A DNA stretch of 64,000 bases from Pseudomonadota bacterium (GCA_043825735.1 JBDRRP010000064.1:1-64000), one strand, 5' to 3'. Shown: positions 50,774 to 61,092, counted from the stretch's first letter. Made by a program: numbers and translations. Notes: generated by a model from the letters alone, not told the origin.

Positions 50774-51238
50774 TTACCCTTTGGGGATAAGCCGAATCAT
50801 GGATCGCTCGAACGCCAGTCGCCGCGTCTCGTCAGAGATTTCCCTGGCAAGGTTGACGATAAGATCAGGCGCACGACTTATGGGAATGGTGTTCGCGTCG
50901 AGTCCCATCTCGGCTGCGATATCTTCCACGAGAAACTCGCCGATGGGGCCGACCGCACTGGTAATATGGTTGCGCAGTTCCGCCAGAAATTGTTTATCAA
51001 GCACCGGCCCTCCCATCGCAACGGATTCGATGAGACCGATATCCAGCAGCTTGCCCAAAGTCTGCCGCAGTGCGGCCATGTTCATACCGACTTCGGCAGC
51101 GACCTGGGCAACCGTCTTTCGTTCATCAATGGCCATTAGCAGCCGGACCATGCCGGCGTCCATGGATACCTCCCCCTGGTTCTGGTGAATTGATTTTCGA
51201 AAGTACATGTTGGGTAGATCTGGAGAATGTATATCCAT
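50774..51238 (-). CDS. Hypothetical protein with a winged-HTH-like segment and helical C-terminal domain (154 aa)
   Basis: Start ATG 51238 with GGAGG RBS; LL.AID..KTVAQVA..GM...L..TL.KL...GLIE and AVGPIGEFLVED. Confidence 0.75.
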   Translation of the reverse strand: MDIHSPDLPNMYFRKSIHQNQGEVSMDAGMVRLLMAIDERKTVAQVAAEVGMNMAALRQTLGKLLDIGLIESVAMGGPVLDKQFLAELRNHITSAVGPIGEFLVEDIAAEMGLDANTIPISRAPDLIVNLAREISDETRRLAFERSMIRLIPKG

Positions 51239-51512
51239 AAAGATGCCTCCCGTTGTCGCAGTACCGTGTTCATCCGATAGGCTCCCTCCAAATGGTTTGC
51301 TCGAGGACGTTCCCCGAGGAGCAGGGTAAGGGCGTAAATATCGTAAATTCACACGGTTTCAATTGGGATGTTTACGAAGTTGGCTTTCAGGTTGTCAAGG
51401 ACAATTCACCACAACCCCCAAGCGATTGCGGTACCCGCTCGCAGAAAACACGGACGCAAGCTCCGGTACAGCGCCCCACGGCCTACGGCTCCCACCTCAC
51501 TGAGAAAAGGCC

Positions 51513-51541
51513 TTGACTTTCAATCAGAGAGTCCATAGGGT
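51513..51541 (+). promoter_or_regulatory. sigma70-type promoter of the aro operon leader
   Basis: TTGACT-N17-TAGGGT. Confidence 0.65.
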
Positions 51542-51566
51542 GGCCGTCGAAAGGAAATTATATCCG

Positions 51567-51644
51567 ATGGAACAGTGCTTTTCCAGCAGCAACTATTATT
51601 ATTTCAGCTATTATTTTCAGGCCGTTCTGCCTGGGATGCGCTGA
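51567..51644 (+). CDS. Tyr/Phe-rich attenuator leader peptide MEQCFSSSNYYYFSYYFQAVLPGMR
   Basis: AAAGGA RBS at 51550-51555. 25 codons including 5 Tyr and 3 Phe, directly upstream of terminator hairpins and DAHP synthase. Confidence 0.88.
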   Translation: MEQCFSSSNYYYFSYYFQAVLPGMR

Positions 51645-51671
51645 CCGTCACAATCTGACATAAAAGTGCTT

Positions 51672-51711
51672 AAGCCGCGGGCAGAACCAAACGCCCTGCG
51701 GCTTTTTTTTT
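51672..51711 (+). terminator. Attenuator terminator 1
   Basis: AAGCCGCGGGC...GCCCTGCGGCTT followed by a T9 run. The left arm can alternatively pair with GTTCTGCCTG (51624-51633) in the leader. Confidence 0.88.
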
Positions 51712-51716
51712 CTCCG

Positions 51717-51751
51717 GGCCGCGGGCGTCGACAGACACCGCGGCCTTTTTT
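51717..51751 (+). terminator. Attenuator terminator 2
   Basis: GGCCGCGG...CCGCGGCC followed by T6. Confidence 0.8.
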
Positions 51752-51816
51752 CAGCATATCGGCCATTTCGGCCCGATTAACGCCCATCCCGGAGAAAAAA
51801 TTAAGGAAACAGCGGA

Positions 51817-52899
51817 ATGAAAGAGACACAGGATCTTCGCGTAAAGGGGTACCGGCCGCTCATGACACCGGCCGCTTTGAAAGAAAAGATGCCGCGCCCC
51901 CCGGAGGCATCGGAAACGGTGATCACCGGCCGCAAACAGATCGAACAGGTGCTTCGAGGCCAGGATCGACGCCTGATTGTCGTGGTAGGGCCCTGCTCCA
52001 TTCACGATCCGGTTGCCGCTCTGGACTATGCCCGGAGGCTCGACCGATTGCGCCGTGAGGTGGCACAGACAATCATTGTGGTCATGCGGGTGTATTTTGA
52101 AAAACCGCGTACCACCATCGGCTGGAAGGGGCTTATCAACGATCCTCGCCTGGATGGGTCCTGCGACATGGAGGAAGGGTTGAAAAATGCCCGCGGCCTC
52201 CTGCTGGACATCGTGGGCATGGGGCTGCCAACAGCCACCGAGATGCTCGACCCCATCACGCCCCAGTATGTCGCCGATCTCGTAAGTTGGTCGGCCATCG
52301 GCGCACGCACCACCGAATCCCAGACCCACCGGGAGATGGCCAGCGGCCTGTCCATGCCAGTCGGGTTTAAAAACGGCACCGACGGTAACCTCAAATCGCC
52401 GATTAACGCTATTCTGGCCTCCCGGGCACCCCAGGGGTTTTTAGGAATCGACCAGCAAGGGCGCACCAGTATTGTCCAAACCAGCGGAAACCCCTTCGGT
52501 CACCTGGTGGTCCGTGGCGGGGCCCGGCCCAATTATGATGCCATCAGTATTGAATCAGCACGAATGAGTCTGATAGAAAAAGGGCTGCCGGAGCTGATCA
52601 TGGTTGACTGCTCTCACGCCAACTCCATGAAAAAGCACCAGGGGCAGGCAATCGTCTGGCGAAACGTGTTGGAGCAGCGGGTTCATGGCGACGAAACCAT
52701 CATCGGCATGATGCTGGAGAGCAACCTGTTCGAGGGCAACCAGAAATTCACCGGCGATATGAAACAGTTGAAATACGGCGTATCGATCACCGATGAGTGC
52801 ATCTCCTGGGAGTCAACGGAAACGCTGCTCAGGGAGGCCCACGAAAAACTGTCACCGTGCCTTGGCCTTGCCGGCGGCCAAAGGAAGATAAGCGCTTAA
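51817..52899 (+). CDS. aroF: DAHP synthase, class I-alpha (AroF/G/H type)
   Basis: [38 protein letters not shown] and YGVSITD.C. The isoenzyme symbol is tentative. Confidence 0.93.
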   Translation: MKETQDLRVKGYRPLMTPAALKEKMPRPPEASETVITGRKQIEQVLRGQDRRLIVVVGPCSIHDPVAALDYARRLDRLRREVAQTIIVVMRVYFEKPRTTIGWKGLINDPRLDGSCDMEEGLKNARGLLLDIVGMGLPTATEMLDPITPQYVADLVSWSAIGARTTESQTHREMASGLSMPVGFKNGTDGNLKSPINAILASRAPQGFLGIDQQGRTSIVQTSGNPFGHLVVRGGARPNYDAISIESARMSLIEKGLPELIMVDCSHANSMKKHQGQAIVWRNVLEQRVHGDETIIGMMLESNLFEGNQKFTGDMKQLKYGVSITDECISWESTETLLREAHEKLSPCLGLAGGQRKISA

Positions 52900-53051
52900 C
52901 AGCGCTGCTGGATGGCCCCATGCCTGGGCGCTGTCTCAAATAATAGTGCCGGTGGCGTCAGGACGCGGCGGGTTTTCCGCCTTCACCCAAATGGCGCGGG
53001 TATGGGCCCCGCCGTCCGAGCGCCGCGTGCCATCACCCATGGACAGGCGAT

Positions 53052-53912
53052 ATGGAACCAACGAGCATAACATCGAAAACCCGGCTTTACGCCGTGATCG
53101 GCAACCCGGTGGCCCATAGTCTGAGCCCTCTCATGCACAACACGGCGTTTGGCCAACTATGCATCGATGCCGTATATTTGGCATTTGAGGTCGCCGATGT
53201 GGCGGCGGCGGTATCAGGCATCCGTGCCATGGGCATCCAGGGGCTGAGCGTGACCATTCCCCACAAGATCGCCATCATGGATCACCTCGACGAAGTCAGT
53301 CCGGAAGCCCGCGTCATCGGGGCCGTTAATACCATCATCAACCGAAATGGACGTCTCTTCGGCGACAATTCCGACGGTCGTGGTGCCGTGGCTGCCCTGA
53401 AGCGACACACCAGATTGAAGGGACGGCACCTCACCATCCTCGGCGCCGGCGGAGCGGCCCGGGCGGTGGCATTTGCAGCTGCAGCCGAAGGCAGCCGGGT
53501 GACCATCGTCAACCGAACACCATCCACTGGTGAGGCGCTGGCATGCGCCGTCGGCGGCCGCTATCGTCCCCTCACCGACGCGTATATCGGCGACTGTGAT
53601 ATCCTGGTGAACACGACACCGGTGGGGATGACGCCTCACGATAGCGTCAGCCCCGTTTCTTCATCGGCATTAAACCCCGCCATGATCGTCATGGATGCGG
53701 TGTATTCGCCGCTGGATACACGCCTGCTGCAGGACGCACGCCGCGCCGGGTGCCACACCATCGACGGACTGGACATGTTCGTCGAGCAGGGGGTGCTCCA
53801 GTGTGAATGGTGGACCGGACACCGCGCGCCGGCCCCCCTCATGAAATCGACCGTGGCCACCGCCTTGATGCGCCGCCAGACAAAACAGACTGGAGAAAAA
53901 TCCAATGGCTGA
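53052..53912 (+). CDS. aroE: Shikimate dehydrogenase
   Basis: HSLSP.MHN, VTIPHK, GAVNT, GAGGAA, NTTP.GM and GLDM.V.QG. Confidence 0.95.
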   Translation: MEPTSITSKTRLYAVIGNPVAHSLSPLMHNTAFGQLCIDAVYLAFEVADVAAAVSGIRAMGIQGLSVTIPHKIAIMDHLDEVSPEARVIGAVNTIINRNGRLFGDNSDGRGAVAALKRHTRLKGRHLTILGAGGAARAVAFAAAAEGSRVTIVNRTPSTGEALACAVGGRYRPLTDAYIGDCDILVNTTPVGMTPHDSVSPVSSSALNPAMIVMDAVYSPLDTRLLQDARRAGCHTIDGLDMFVEQGVLQCEWWTGHRAPAPLMKSTVATALMRRQTKQTGEKSNG

Positions 53913-55191
53913 AACACCTTGGCGTAACATCCGCCCGCTGACAAGGAGACCATCGCCCGTTTCAGTGTCTGTTCCGGGATCAAAAAGCTGCACGCACCGG
54001 ATGCTGATCGCTGCGGCCCTGTCCAACGGCGCGTGCCGCGTGTTTAACCCTCTGGACAGCGACGATACGCAGCTGACCCGCCAGGCACTGGGGCAGATGG
54101 GTGCGGTAATCACCGGGACAGACCCCCTGCACATCACCGGCACCGGCGGCACCTGGACGGCCGCCAGGGAGGCCATCTATCTTGGCAATTCGGGTACGTC
54201 CATGCGTCTTCTGGCCGGGCTGACCGCCCTGGGTGACGGAGTGTATCGACTCACCGGAAGCCCGCGCATGTGCGAGCGTCCCATCCAGGACCTGCTGGAC
54301 GGGCTTGCCCAGATCGGCGTCCCGGCCCGCAGCGTGGCGGGTACCGGCTGCCCCCCGGTGGACATCACTGGCGGGGTGACCTTTGGGGGCCGCACGCGGC
54401 TGCGCTGCCGGGACAGCAGTCAGTACCTCAGCGCCATGATGCTTATGGCCCCGTGCACCCGCGACGGTCTTGACATTACGGTCACTGAAGGTCCCGTATC
54501 GAAGCCCTATATCGATCTGACCATTGACATCATGCGGCAGTTTGGCATCACACTGTCACACGAGCATTACACTGCATTTCACATCCCCGGAGCCCAGCAA
54601 TACCAGTGCGGAACGTATTACGTGGAACCTGACAGCTCCCAGGCCGGTTATTTCTGGGCCGCCGGCGCCATCACCGGCGCCAGCATCACCGTTTCCGGCA
54701 TCCACCGCACTTCCCGGCAAGGAGACACGGGGTTTTGCGACATCCTGTCGCAGATGGGATGCACCGTTTCTGATGGCGCCGCTGGGATCACGGTCACCGG
54801 GGGACGGCTCACCGGCATATCTGTGGACATGGGGGCAATGCCGGACATGGTGCCCACACTGGCGGTGGTGGCGGCATACGCCGAGGGCATCACGGACATT
54901 GGCAACGTCCGCCATTTACGGATCAAGGAAAGCGACCGCTTGGAAGCCGTCGCCTGTGAACTGCGTCGCATGGGCGTTCGGGTGGAGACCCGCGATGATG
55001 GACTGCGCATCCATGGGGGGGGGCCTCAGGCTGCCGATATCCAAACCTATGACGATCACCGGATGGCCATGAGTTTTGCCGTAGCAGGGCTGCGCACACC
55101 GGGCGTGCGCATCGGCGATCCGAGCTGCGTAAACAAAAGTTTCCCCAATTTCTGGAAGGTTTTCGACAGGCTTTACGGGGAGGCGGCGTGA
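53905..55191 (+). CDS. aroA: EPSP synthase
   Basis: PGSKS, GNSGT.MR, SSQY.SA, R.KESDR, DDHRMAM and KSFP.F. Confidence 0.96.
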   Translation: MAETPWRNIRPLTRRPSPVSVSVPGSKSCTHRMLIAAALSNGACRVFNPLDSDDTQLTRQALGQMGAVITGTDPLHITGTGGTWTAAREAIYLGNSGTSMRLLAGLTALGDGVYRLTGSPRMCERPIQDLLDGLAQIGVPARSVAGTGCPPVDITGGVTFGGRTRLRCRDSSQYLSAMMLMAPCTRDGLDITVTEGPVSKPYIDLTIDIMRQFGITLSHEHYTAFHIPGAQQYQCGTYYVEPDSSQAGYFWAAGAITGASITVSGIHRTSRQGDTGFCDILSQMGCTVSDGAAGITVTGGRLTGISVDMGAMPDMVPTLAVVAAYAEGITDIGNVRHLRIKESDRLEAVACELRRMGVRVETRDDGLRIHGGGPQAADIQTYDDHRMAMSFAVAGLRTPGVRIGDPSCVNKSFPNFWKVFDRLYGEAA

Positions 55192-55841
55192 GCCCTCATA
55201 GCCACCCCTGCAGACGGCCCCTGCCGCCGGGCAACCTCTATCTCGTTGGGTACCGGTGCACGGGTAAAACCAGCATTGGCCTCAGACTGGCGCAACGGTT
55301 GAATCGGGTATTCGTTGACTGCGATCAGCGGGTGACGACCACTGCCGGAATGACCGTCACCGATATCGTGTCTCGTGAGGGGTGGGCCGGTTTCCGGCAG
55401 CGGGAATGCCGTGTTCTGAAGGACATCGCACGCACCGAAAACAGGGTAGTGGCCACCGGCGGAGGTATTGTTGGCGACGTTGCCAATCGGTGGAATATGC
55501 GTCGCAGCGGCATCGTTGTCTGGCTGACTGCCTCGGTGCCGGTCATTGCCGCCCGCATGACGGCCGATCCAATAACCGGCGACCAGCGGCCCGCCTTGAG
55601 CCAGGCCCCCCTGGAAAAAGAGATTGTCCAGACACTGACCGCTCGCATCCCGCTGTATGCCAACACCGCGCATTTTCATGTAATCACCGACAACCGGTCC
55701 TTTGAAGGCATCTGCGACGAGATCCTGCACCGCCTGACCGCAAGGATCGCCCGTTGTGAAAAGCGTTTTGAACCGCGGCGTTCTCTGCGTCTCTGCGCGA
55801 GAACCCGTTTTGGGTTGCGGCAAAGCCGAGCGATGCCTTAA
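55188..55841 (+). CDS. aroK: Shikimate kinase (C-terminus extended by a repeat)
   Basis: GYRCTGKT, D.D, GW..FR..E, ATGGG and RP.L...R.PLY. Confidence 0.9.
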   Translation: MSPHSHPCRRPLPPGNLYLVGYRCTGKTSIGLRLAQRLNRVFVDCDQRVTTTAGMTVTDIVSREGWAGFRQRECRVLKDIARTENRVVATGGGIVGDVANRWNMRRSGIVVWLTASVPVIAARMTADPITGDQRPALSQAPLEKEIVQTLTARIPLYANTAHFHVITDNRSFEGICDEILHRLTARIARCEKRFEPRRSLRLCARTRFGLRQSRAMP

Positions 55842-55875
55842 ATGGTAAACATCACCATTGGCCAAGGAGTATGAT

Positions 55876-56955
55876 ATGTCCAGCACCTTCGGCACCCTTT
55901 TTCGGGTCACCACCTTTGGCGAGTCCCACTGCAAGGGCGTCGGCGTTGTCGTTGACGGATGCCCGCCACGATTGGCCCTGACCGAATCCGACATCCAGCG
56001 TCAGTTGGACCGTCGGCGTCCCGGCCAAAGCAGCCTGTCCACCGACCGGCAGGAGTCCGACACGGTGACCATTCTCTCCGGCACGGAAAACGGGCTCACG
56101 CTGGGAACCCCCATCGCGCTGATGGTCCCCAACAAGGACCAGCGCCCCGGCGACTACAGCGATATGGCCGCCATCCCCCGCCCCTCCCATGCCGATTTTA
56201 CCTATCAGCTCAAATACGGCATTCGCGCCGGCAGCGGTGGCGGACGATCCAGCGCCCGGGAGACCATCGGCCGGGTGGCCGCCGGTGCCATCGCTGAAAA
56301 GATCCTGCGAGAGCGCTATCAGACGGAAATCATAGCCTGGGTCGACAGCGTGGGCGCCATCGACGGCCCGCCGGTGAATACGGACAGCATCAGCCGGGAT
56401 ATCGTAGATCGCCAGATCGTGCGATGCCCGGACGGCCCTACCGCCCGGAAGATGGCTGATCTGATCGCTGAAACCAAAGCCCAGAAAGATTCCATCGGGG
56501 GCGTCGTGGCCTGCGTCTGCCGAGGCGTGCCGCGGGGCCTCGGAGAGCCGGTCTTCGACAAGCTCGAAGCCAAGCTGGCACAGGCCATGCTGTCCATTCC
56601 GGCGACCAAGGGGTTTGAAATCGGCTCCGGGTTTGCCGGCACACGGATGCGGGGCTCTGACCATAACGACCCGTTCGTAGCCAAGGCCGGCGGACTTGGA
56701 ACCGCCAGCAACAACAGCGGCGGCGTTCAAGGCGGCATCTCCAACGGCGAGCCGATCCTTTTTCGCGTGGCGTTCAAACCGGTGGCCACCATCGGCCGTG
56801 CCCAGCAGACCGTGGACTTCGACGGGCGGCCGGTGACCCTGGCGGCCAGCGGCCGTCACGATCCGTGCGTGCTGCCCCGGGCCGTGCCAATTGTGGAGAG
56901 CATGGCCGCACTGGTGTTGCTGGATTTGGCCCTGCGGCAGGAGGCGCGGCGATGA
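55876..56955 (+). CDS. aroC: Chorismate synthase
   Basis: TFGESH, RRRPGQ, PRPSHAD, RSSARET, GGISNG and GRHDPC..PRA. Confidence 0.97.
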   Translation: MSSTFGTLFRVTTFGESHCKGVGVVVDGCPPRLALTESDIQRQLDRRRPGQSSLSTDRQESDTVTILSGTENGLTLGTPIALMVPNKDQRPGDYSDMAAIPRPSHADFTYQLKYGIRAGSGGGRSSARETIGRVAAGAIAEKILRERYQTEIIAWVDSVGAIDGPPVNTDSISRDIVDRQIVRCPDGPTARKMADLIAETKAQKDSIGGVVACVCRGVPRGLGEPVFDKLEAKLAQAMLSIPATKGFEIGSGFAGTRMRGSDHNDPFVAKAGGLGTASNNSGGVQGGISNGEPILFRVAFKPVATIGRAQQTVDFDGRPVTLAASGRHDPCVLPRAVPIVESMAALVLLDLALRQEARR

Positions 56956-58088
56956 GACCGGTTTCTCAGCGCGTGAGCAGGGTGACCCCGTCCCAGACCA
57001 CCGCGTTCACAGCACTCGTGGCTGCAGAGCGCCTGAAGGGACGCGAGATTATCGACCTGGCCGTGGGGGAATACCCAGGGCCGGCACCGGCCGCGGTCAT
57101 TGCCGCCACCCAGGCAGCCCTGGCCGAAGGCCGGTACCGCTACGGGCCGGTAGCCGGCCTGCCGGCGCTACGAGACGCGCTGGCCCGCCGCTACCCCGGC
57201 ACTGGCGCCGATAATGTCATCATCACCAACGGCGCCAAGCAAGCCCTTTTTCATATCTTCCAAGCCCTATGCGACCCCGGGGCGGAAGTCATCATTCCCA
57301 CCCCATGCTGGGTGAGTTTCCCCCAGATGGTGCGCCTGGCTGGCGGCCATCCGGTCATGGTCCCCTGTGACCGTCGCCATCAGCCGGACATCGAAGGAAT
57401 CCGCAGTGCCGTTTCCGAGAGGACCTGCGCCATTCTGGTCAACTCTCCCAACAATCCCACCGGGGCCGTCTATCCTGAGGCGGCAATGGTCGCGCTGATG
57501 GAAATCGCCCGCACTGAAGGGCTCACCCTGATCAGCGACGAAACTTATGCCGAATTGGTCTATGACGATTGCCGTCACAGCAGCGTTGCGTCGCTGACCG
57601 GCAGCGCCGACCACGTGATTCTGGTCGGCAGTTTTTCCAAGTCCTTTACCATGACCGGCTTTCGCGTTGGCTATGCCATCGCGCCGGCCCCGGTCATCAC
57701 GGCAATGACCGTCATCCAAAGCCATGCCTGCGGCAATGTGTGCACCTTCGCCCAATATGGCGCCCTGGCGGCCATGGAACTGCCCGAGGCAAGCCGACGG
57801 GAGCTGCGCGCGACACTGGCCGCCAACCGCGATGTCGCCCTGGAAATAATCGGCAACGTGCTGCCATGCACACCCCCTCAAGGGGCGTTTTACCTCTTTC
57901 CAGAGATTTCAAGCCACCTGCGCCCAGGCGCATCGGCCAGCGACTTTTGCACCGACATGCTGCGCCTGGCGGCGGTGGCGCTGGTGCCCGGAGAGGCGTT
58001 CGGCGTGCACAACCACATCCGCATCTCATTCGCCGTTGACGGCGACGATCTGCGCGAAGGACTTGGAAGGATGATGGCCCACCTATGA
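56952..58088 (+). CDS. Class I PLP aminotransferase (aspartate/prephenate aminotransferase-like)
   Basis: [18 protein letters not shown] and SFSK...[11 protein letters not shown]-coupled to aroC. Confidence 0.9.
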   Translation: MRPVSQRVSRVTPSQTTAFTALVAAERLKGREIIDLAVGEYPGPAPAAVIAATQAALAEGRYRYGPVAGLPALRDALARRYPGTGADNVIITNGAKQALFHIFQALCDPGAEVIIPTPCWVSFPQMVRLAGGHPVMVPCDRRHQPDIEGIRSAVSERTCAILVNSPNNPTGAVYPEAAMVALMEIARTEGLTLISDETYAELVYDDCRHSSVASLTGSADHVILVGSFSKSFTMTGFRVGYAIAPAPVITAMTVIQSHACGNVCTFAQYGALAAMELPEASRRELRATLAANRDVALEIIGNVLPCTPPQGAFYLFPEISSHLRPGASASDFCTDMLRLAAVALVPGEAFGVHNHIRISFAVDGDDLREGLGRMMAHL

Positions 58089-58879
58089 TTGGACTGATTG
58101 GATTCGGGCGTTTCGGACGATTGACAGCGCGGTATCTGGCCTGCGATCTGGACGTATATGTTTACAACCGCAGCGGCAAAGAAAACGCCATTGCTGCGGT
58201 GGGGGCTGTCGCTGCGGATCTGAAGACGGTCTGCGCCCAGCCCCTGGTGGTGCTGTGCGTGCCCATCTCACGAATGCGGGAGACGCTCCGTGCCATTGCG
58301 CACCGGCTGGCGCCCTCGGCGGTGGTAGTGGATGTGTGTTCGGTGAAAACCCTTCCGGTGCAATGGATGCGCGACATTCTGCCCACCGAGGTGTCGATCC
58401 TGGCCACGCACCCCATGTTCGGGCCTGACAGCGCTGCCGATTCACTCGTCGAAAAAAAGATCGTCCTATGCCCGACAAGGATCTCCCAAAAGCGCTACGC
58501 CTGTATCCGGGACTACCTCGCCGGCAAGGGCCTGGTACTCATGGAGACCACCCCCGAAGCCCATGATCGGCAGATCGCCATCACCCTGGCGCTGACCCAT
58601 TTTATCGGTCGCAGCCTTTCCAAATTCGGCGCTCCGGCGCTGGACATCGACACGGAGGGGTACAAGCGGCTGCGTCACATTCTGGGCGTGGTGGAAAATG
58701 ATAGCTGGGAGTTATTTCAAGACATGCACGGCTACAATCCTTTTGCCGCGCAGACCCGGCGGGCTTTCGTGTCCGCCATGTCGGATATCGAAGCGGAACT
58801 GACTCAAAATGAAAACGCCCCGGCCAAACGGGCCGGAGCGCTGCCGTCAGTATCCCCGATAATAACGGACACGGATTAG
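58085..58879 (+). CDS. tyrA: Prephenate/arogenate dehydrogenase
   Basis: GLIGFGRFG, DVCSVK, HPMFGP and HD..IA....LTH. Confidence 0.9.
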   Translation: MIGLIGFGRFGRLTARYLACDLDVYVYNRSGKENAIAAVGAVAADLKTVCAQPLVVLCVPISRMRETLRAIAHRLAPSAVVVDVCSVKTLPVQWMRDILPTEVSILATHPMFGPDSAADSLVEKKIVLCPTRISQKRYACIRDYLAGKGLVLMETTPEAHDRQIAITLALTHFIGRSLSKFGAPALDIDTEGYKRLRHILGVVENDSWELFQDMHGYNPFAAQTRRAFVSAMSDIEAELTQNENAPAKRAGALPSVSPIITDTD

Positions 58880-59022
58880 GGGCTGTTTCTAAATTGTCTT
58901 TTGTTCCAATCTCGGCGTTGGGCTTTCGGTTTCAATCCTCGAAATACGTGAGTATTCCTCCGGTTGAATCCTCTCGCCCGCGGTGACCTTGAACCAAAAT
59001 CCTAATTTATAATCAGCCCCTA
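58877..59022. mobile_element. 146-bp palindromic MITE-like element
   Basis: Terminal inverted repeats TAGGGGCTGTTTCTAAATT / TAGGGGCTGATTATAAATT (17/19) with nested internal inverted repeats, filling the whole intergenic space. Confidence 0.8.
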
Positions 59023-59607
59023 TATCTTATAGATAATCCGGTTTTCCGTAATGATGATGTCCACATGCTTGTCATGGGATTCCATGGGGACCTGGGGCAC
59101 GATCTGCGCCTCCATGGCAAGCGTTACCTTCCGGGTGGTCATGGGCAGCTTTGGAATCAGCCGGTCGTAAAGTCCTTCCCCGGTACCGATGCGGCCGCCC
59201 TTTTCATCCAGCGCGACCGAGGGAATAACGGCGATATCGATACAGTCAATGGGCACCTTTTTGCACTGCTGCGGATTGGGCTCGAGGATCCCGCGCAACC
59301 CCATGGCAAGACCGGTGGACAGATTCTCCACCTTGAAAAGAAACACTTTCAGTTTTTCCATATTGAAACCGGGCAAAACAACCATTTTATTAAAATCGTA
59401 ACACCTTTTTAGCATACTGGACGTATCCACCTCACCGTCCGTGTTAATGTACATCATGACGATGCCCGCTTCCAAAAAATTGGCGAATTCAAACAGGCGG
59501 GTCTCAATGGCCAACGTTTTTTCCTTCACCTCATCTGTTGACATGTTGGCGATTGCAGCTTTGACAGTGTTGCGGATGTCGCGTTTGGTAACCTGGATCT
59601 CCTCCAT
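59020..59607 (-). CDS. fau: 5-formyltetrahydrofolate cyclo-ligase
   Basis: K..IR, EVDT, GILEP, P.VA.D..G.RIG.G.G.YDR and E.HD..VD.IITE. Confidence 0.9.
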   Translation of the reverse strand: MEEIQVTKRDIRNTVKAAIANMSTDEVKEKTLAIETRLFEFANFLEAGIVMMYINTDGEVDTSSMLKRCYDFNKMVVLPGFNMEKLKVFLFKVENLSTGLAMGLRGILEPNPQQCKKVPIDCIDIAVIPSVALDEKGGRIGTGEGLYDRLIPKLPMTTRKVTLAMEAQIVPQVPMESHDKHVDIIITENRIIYKI

Positions 59608-59817
59608 TCGTCACTCTCCCCGTTCTCTGTGGGACCGTTTCAATTCCAGACTCGCCATCGGGATAATCGTCAACATTCAATAATCATTGACAAAATAGGC
59701 CTTCCGTACTACACACGAATCGAAAAAAGGCTATCAATTATGGGCATTTTCGGATCAGCTCGCGCCCAGTTAACATAACCGACAAATTTATATTAAACGT
59801 GTAATATAGGTACTTTC

Positions 59818-61092
59818 ATGTTTGAAATCAAGTTTCTCAGAGAGAATCTCGATCTTGTAAAAAAAACGATGGCTGACCGTGGTGAAACCATCGATTTTGA
59901 GGCCTTTACAGAAAACGATGCCACCCGGCGCCGCGTGTTGGGTGAATCGGAAGCCCTGCGCCACCAGCGCAATGTGGTGTCTGAAAATATCGCTGCATTG
60001 AAAAAATCCGGACAAGACGCCGAGGCCATGATCCTAGAAATGCGGGATGTCTCCGAGCGGATCAAGTCGCTGGAAAAATTGCTTAACGACTGTGATGCGG
60101 CACTAGGCACCCTGCTGTTGAGCATTCCCAATATGCCCCATGCCAGTGTACCGGTGGGCCGCGACGAAACCGACAACCCGGAAGTGAAGCGGGTGGGCAC
60201 GCCGCCGGTCTTCACGTTCACGACAAAAGCCCACTGGGACATCGGCAAGGACCTTGGCATCTTCGACTTCGACCGCGCGGCGAAAATTACAGGGGCACGC
60301 TTTCCGCTTTACTTGGGTACCGGCGCTCTTTTGGAGCGGGCCCTGATCAACTTCATGCTGGACCTGCACACCACGCAGCACGGCTACACCGAGGTCCTTC
60401 CACCGTTCATGGTCAACCGCACGGCCATGACCGGCACCGGTCAGCTGCCGAAATTCGAAACCGATCTGTTCAAACTGGAAGGCTGGGACTATTTTCTCAT
60501 CCCCACGGCGGAAGTTCCCGTCACCAACATCCACCAGGGAGAGATTCTCGACGAGGCGCAACTGCCGCTGCGCTACACGGCCTATACGCCCTGCTTTAGA
60601 TCGGAGGCCGGCTCCCACGGCAAGGACACCCGGGGTCTTATCCGTCAGCACCAGTTCAACAAGGTGGAACTGGTGAAGTTCACGACCCCCGAAAGCTCCT
60701 ACGACGCCCTGGAGACGCTGCTGGCCGATGCCGAATCGGTGCTTCAGATTCTTGAGATTCCCTACCGGGTGATCACCCTGTGCACCGGTGACATCGGTTT
60801 TTCCTCAGCCAAGACATACGATATCGAAGTGTGGATGCCCGGACAGGACACCTACCGGGAGATCTCGTCGTGCAGCAACTTCGAAAACTTTCAGGCGCGT
60901 CGTGCCGATATCCGGTTTCGTCGAAAAGGGAAAAAGGGCACAGAACTGGTTCATACCCTCAATGGTTCCGGCCTGGCCGTGGGGCGCACCGTCGCCGCAC
61001 TGTTGGAAAACAATCAACAAGACGACGGGTCGGTCGTCATCCCTACCGCGCTTCGGCCGTATATGCGGGGAATGGAAGTCATCGCCAAATGA
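59818..61092 (+). CDS. serS: Seryl-tRNA synthetase
   Basis: [36 protein letters not shown] and [11 protein letters not shown]. Confidence 0.97.
   Translation: MFEIKFLRENLDLVKKTMADRGETIDFEAFTENDATRRRVLGESEALRHQRNVVSENIAALKKSGQDAEAMILEMRDVSERIKSLEKLLNDCDAALGTLLLSIPNMPHASVPVGRDETDNPEVKRVGTPPVFTFTTKAHWDIGKDLGIFDFDRAAKITGARFPLYLGTGALLERALINFMLDLHTTQHGYTEVLPPFMVNRTAMTGTGQLPKFETDLFKLEGWDYFLIPTAEVPVTNIHQGEILDEAQLPLRYTAYTPCFRSEAGSHGKDTRGLIRQHQFNKVELVKFTTPESSYDALETLLADAESVLQILEIPYRVITLCTGDIGFSSAKTYDIEVWMPGQDTYREISSCSNFENFQARRADIRFRRKGKKGTELVHTLNGSGLAVGRTVAALLENNQQDDGSVVIPTALRPYMRGMEVIAK

Noticed and set aside
51430..51490. c-di-GMP-I riboswitch-like string GGACGCAAGCTCCGG
   Set aside because: The GGCAAAC/GNRA P2 stem and receptor are missing, and it lies upstream of the predicted promoter.
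59608..59817. 6S RNA, often found upstream of fau/ygfA
   Set aside because: No long rod-like self-complementarity is visible; it looks like a divergent promoter region. An Rfam scan would settle it.
60831..61088. Extended N-terminus of thrC in the ORF track; similar extensions for phoA, amtB and the cfa fusion
   Set aside because: These overlap upstream genes in another frame; downstream ATGs with an RBS or ATGA coupling fit better.
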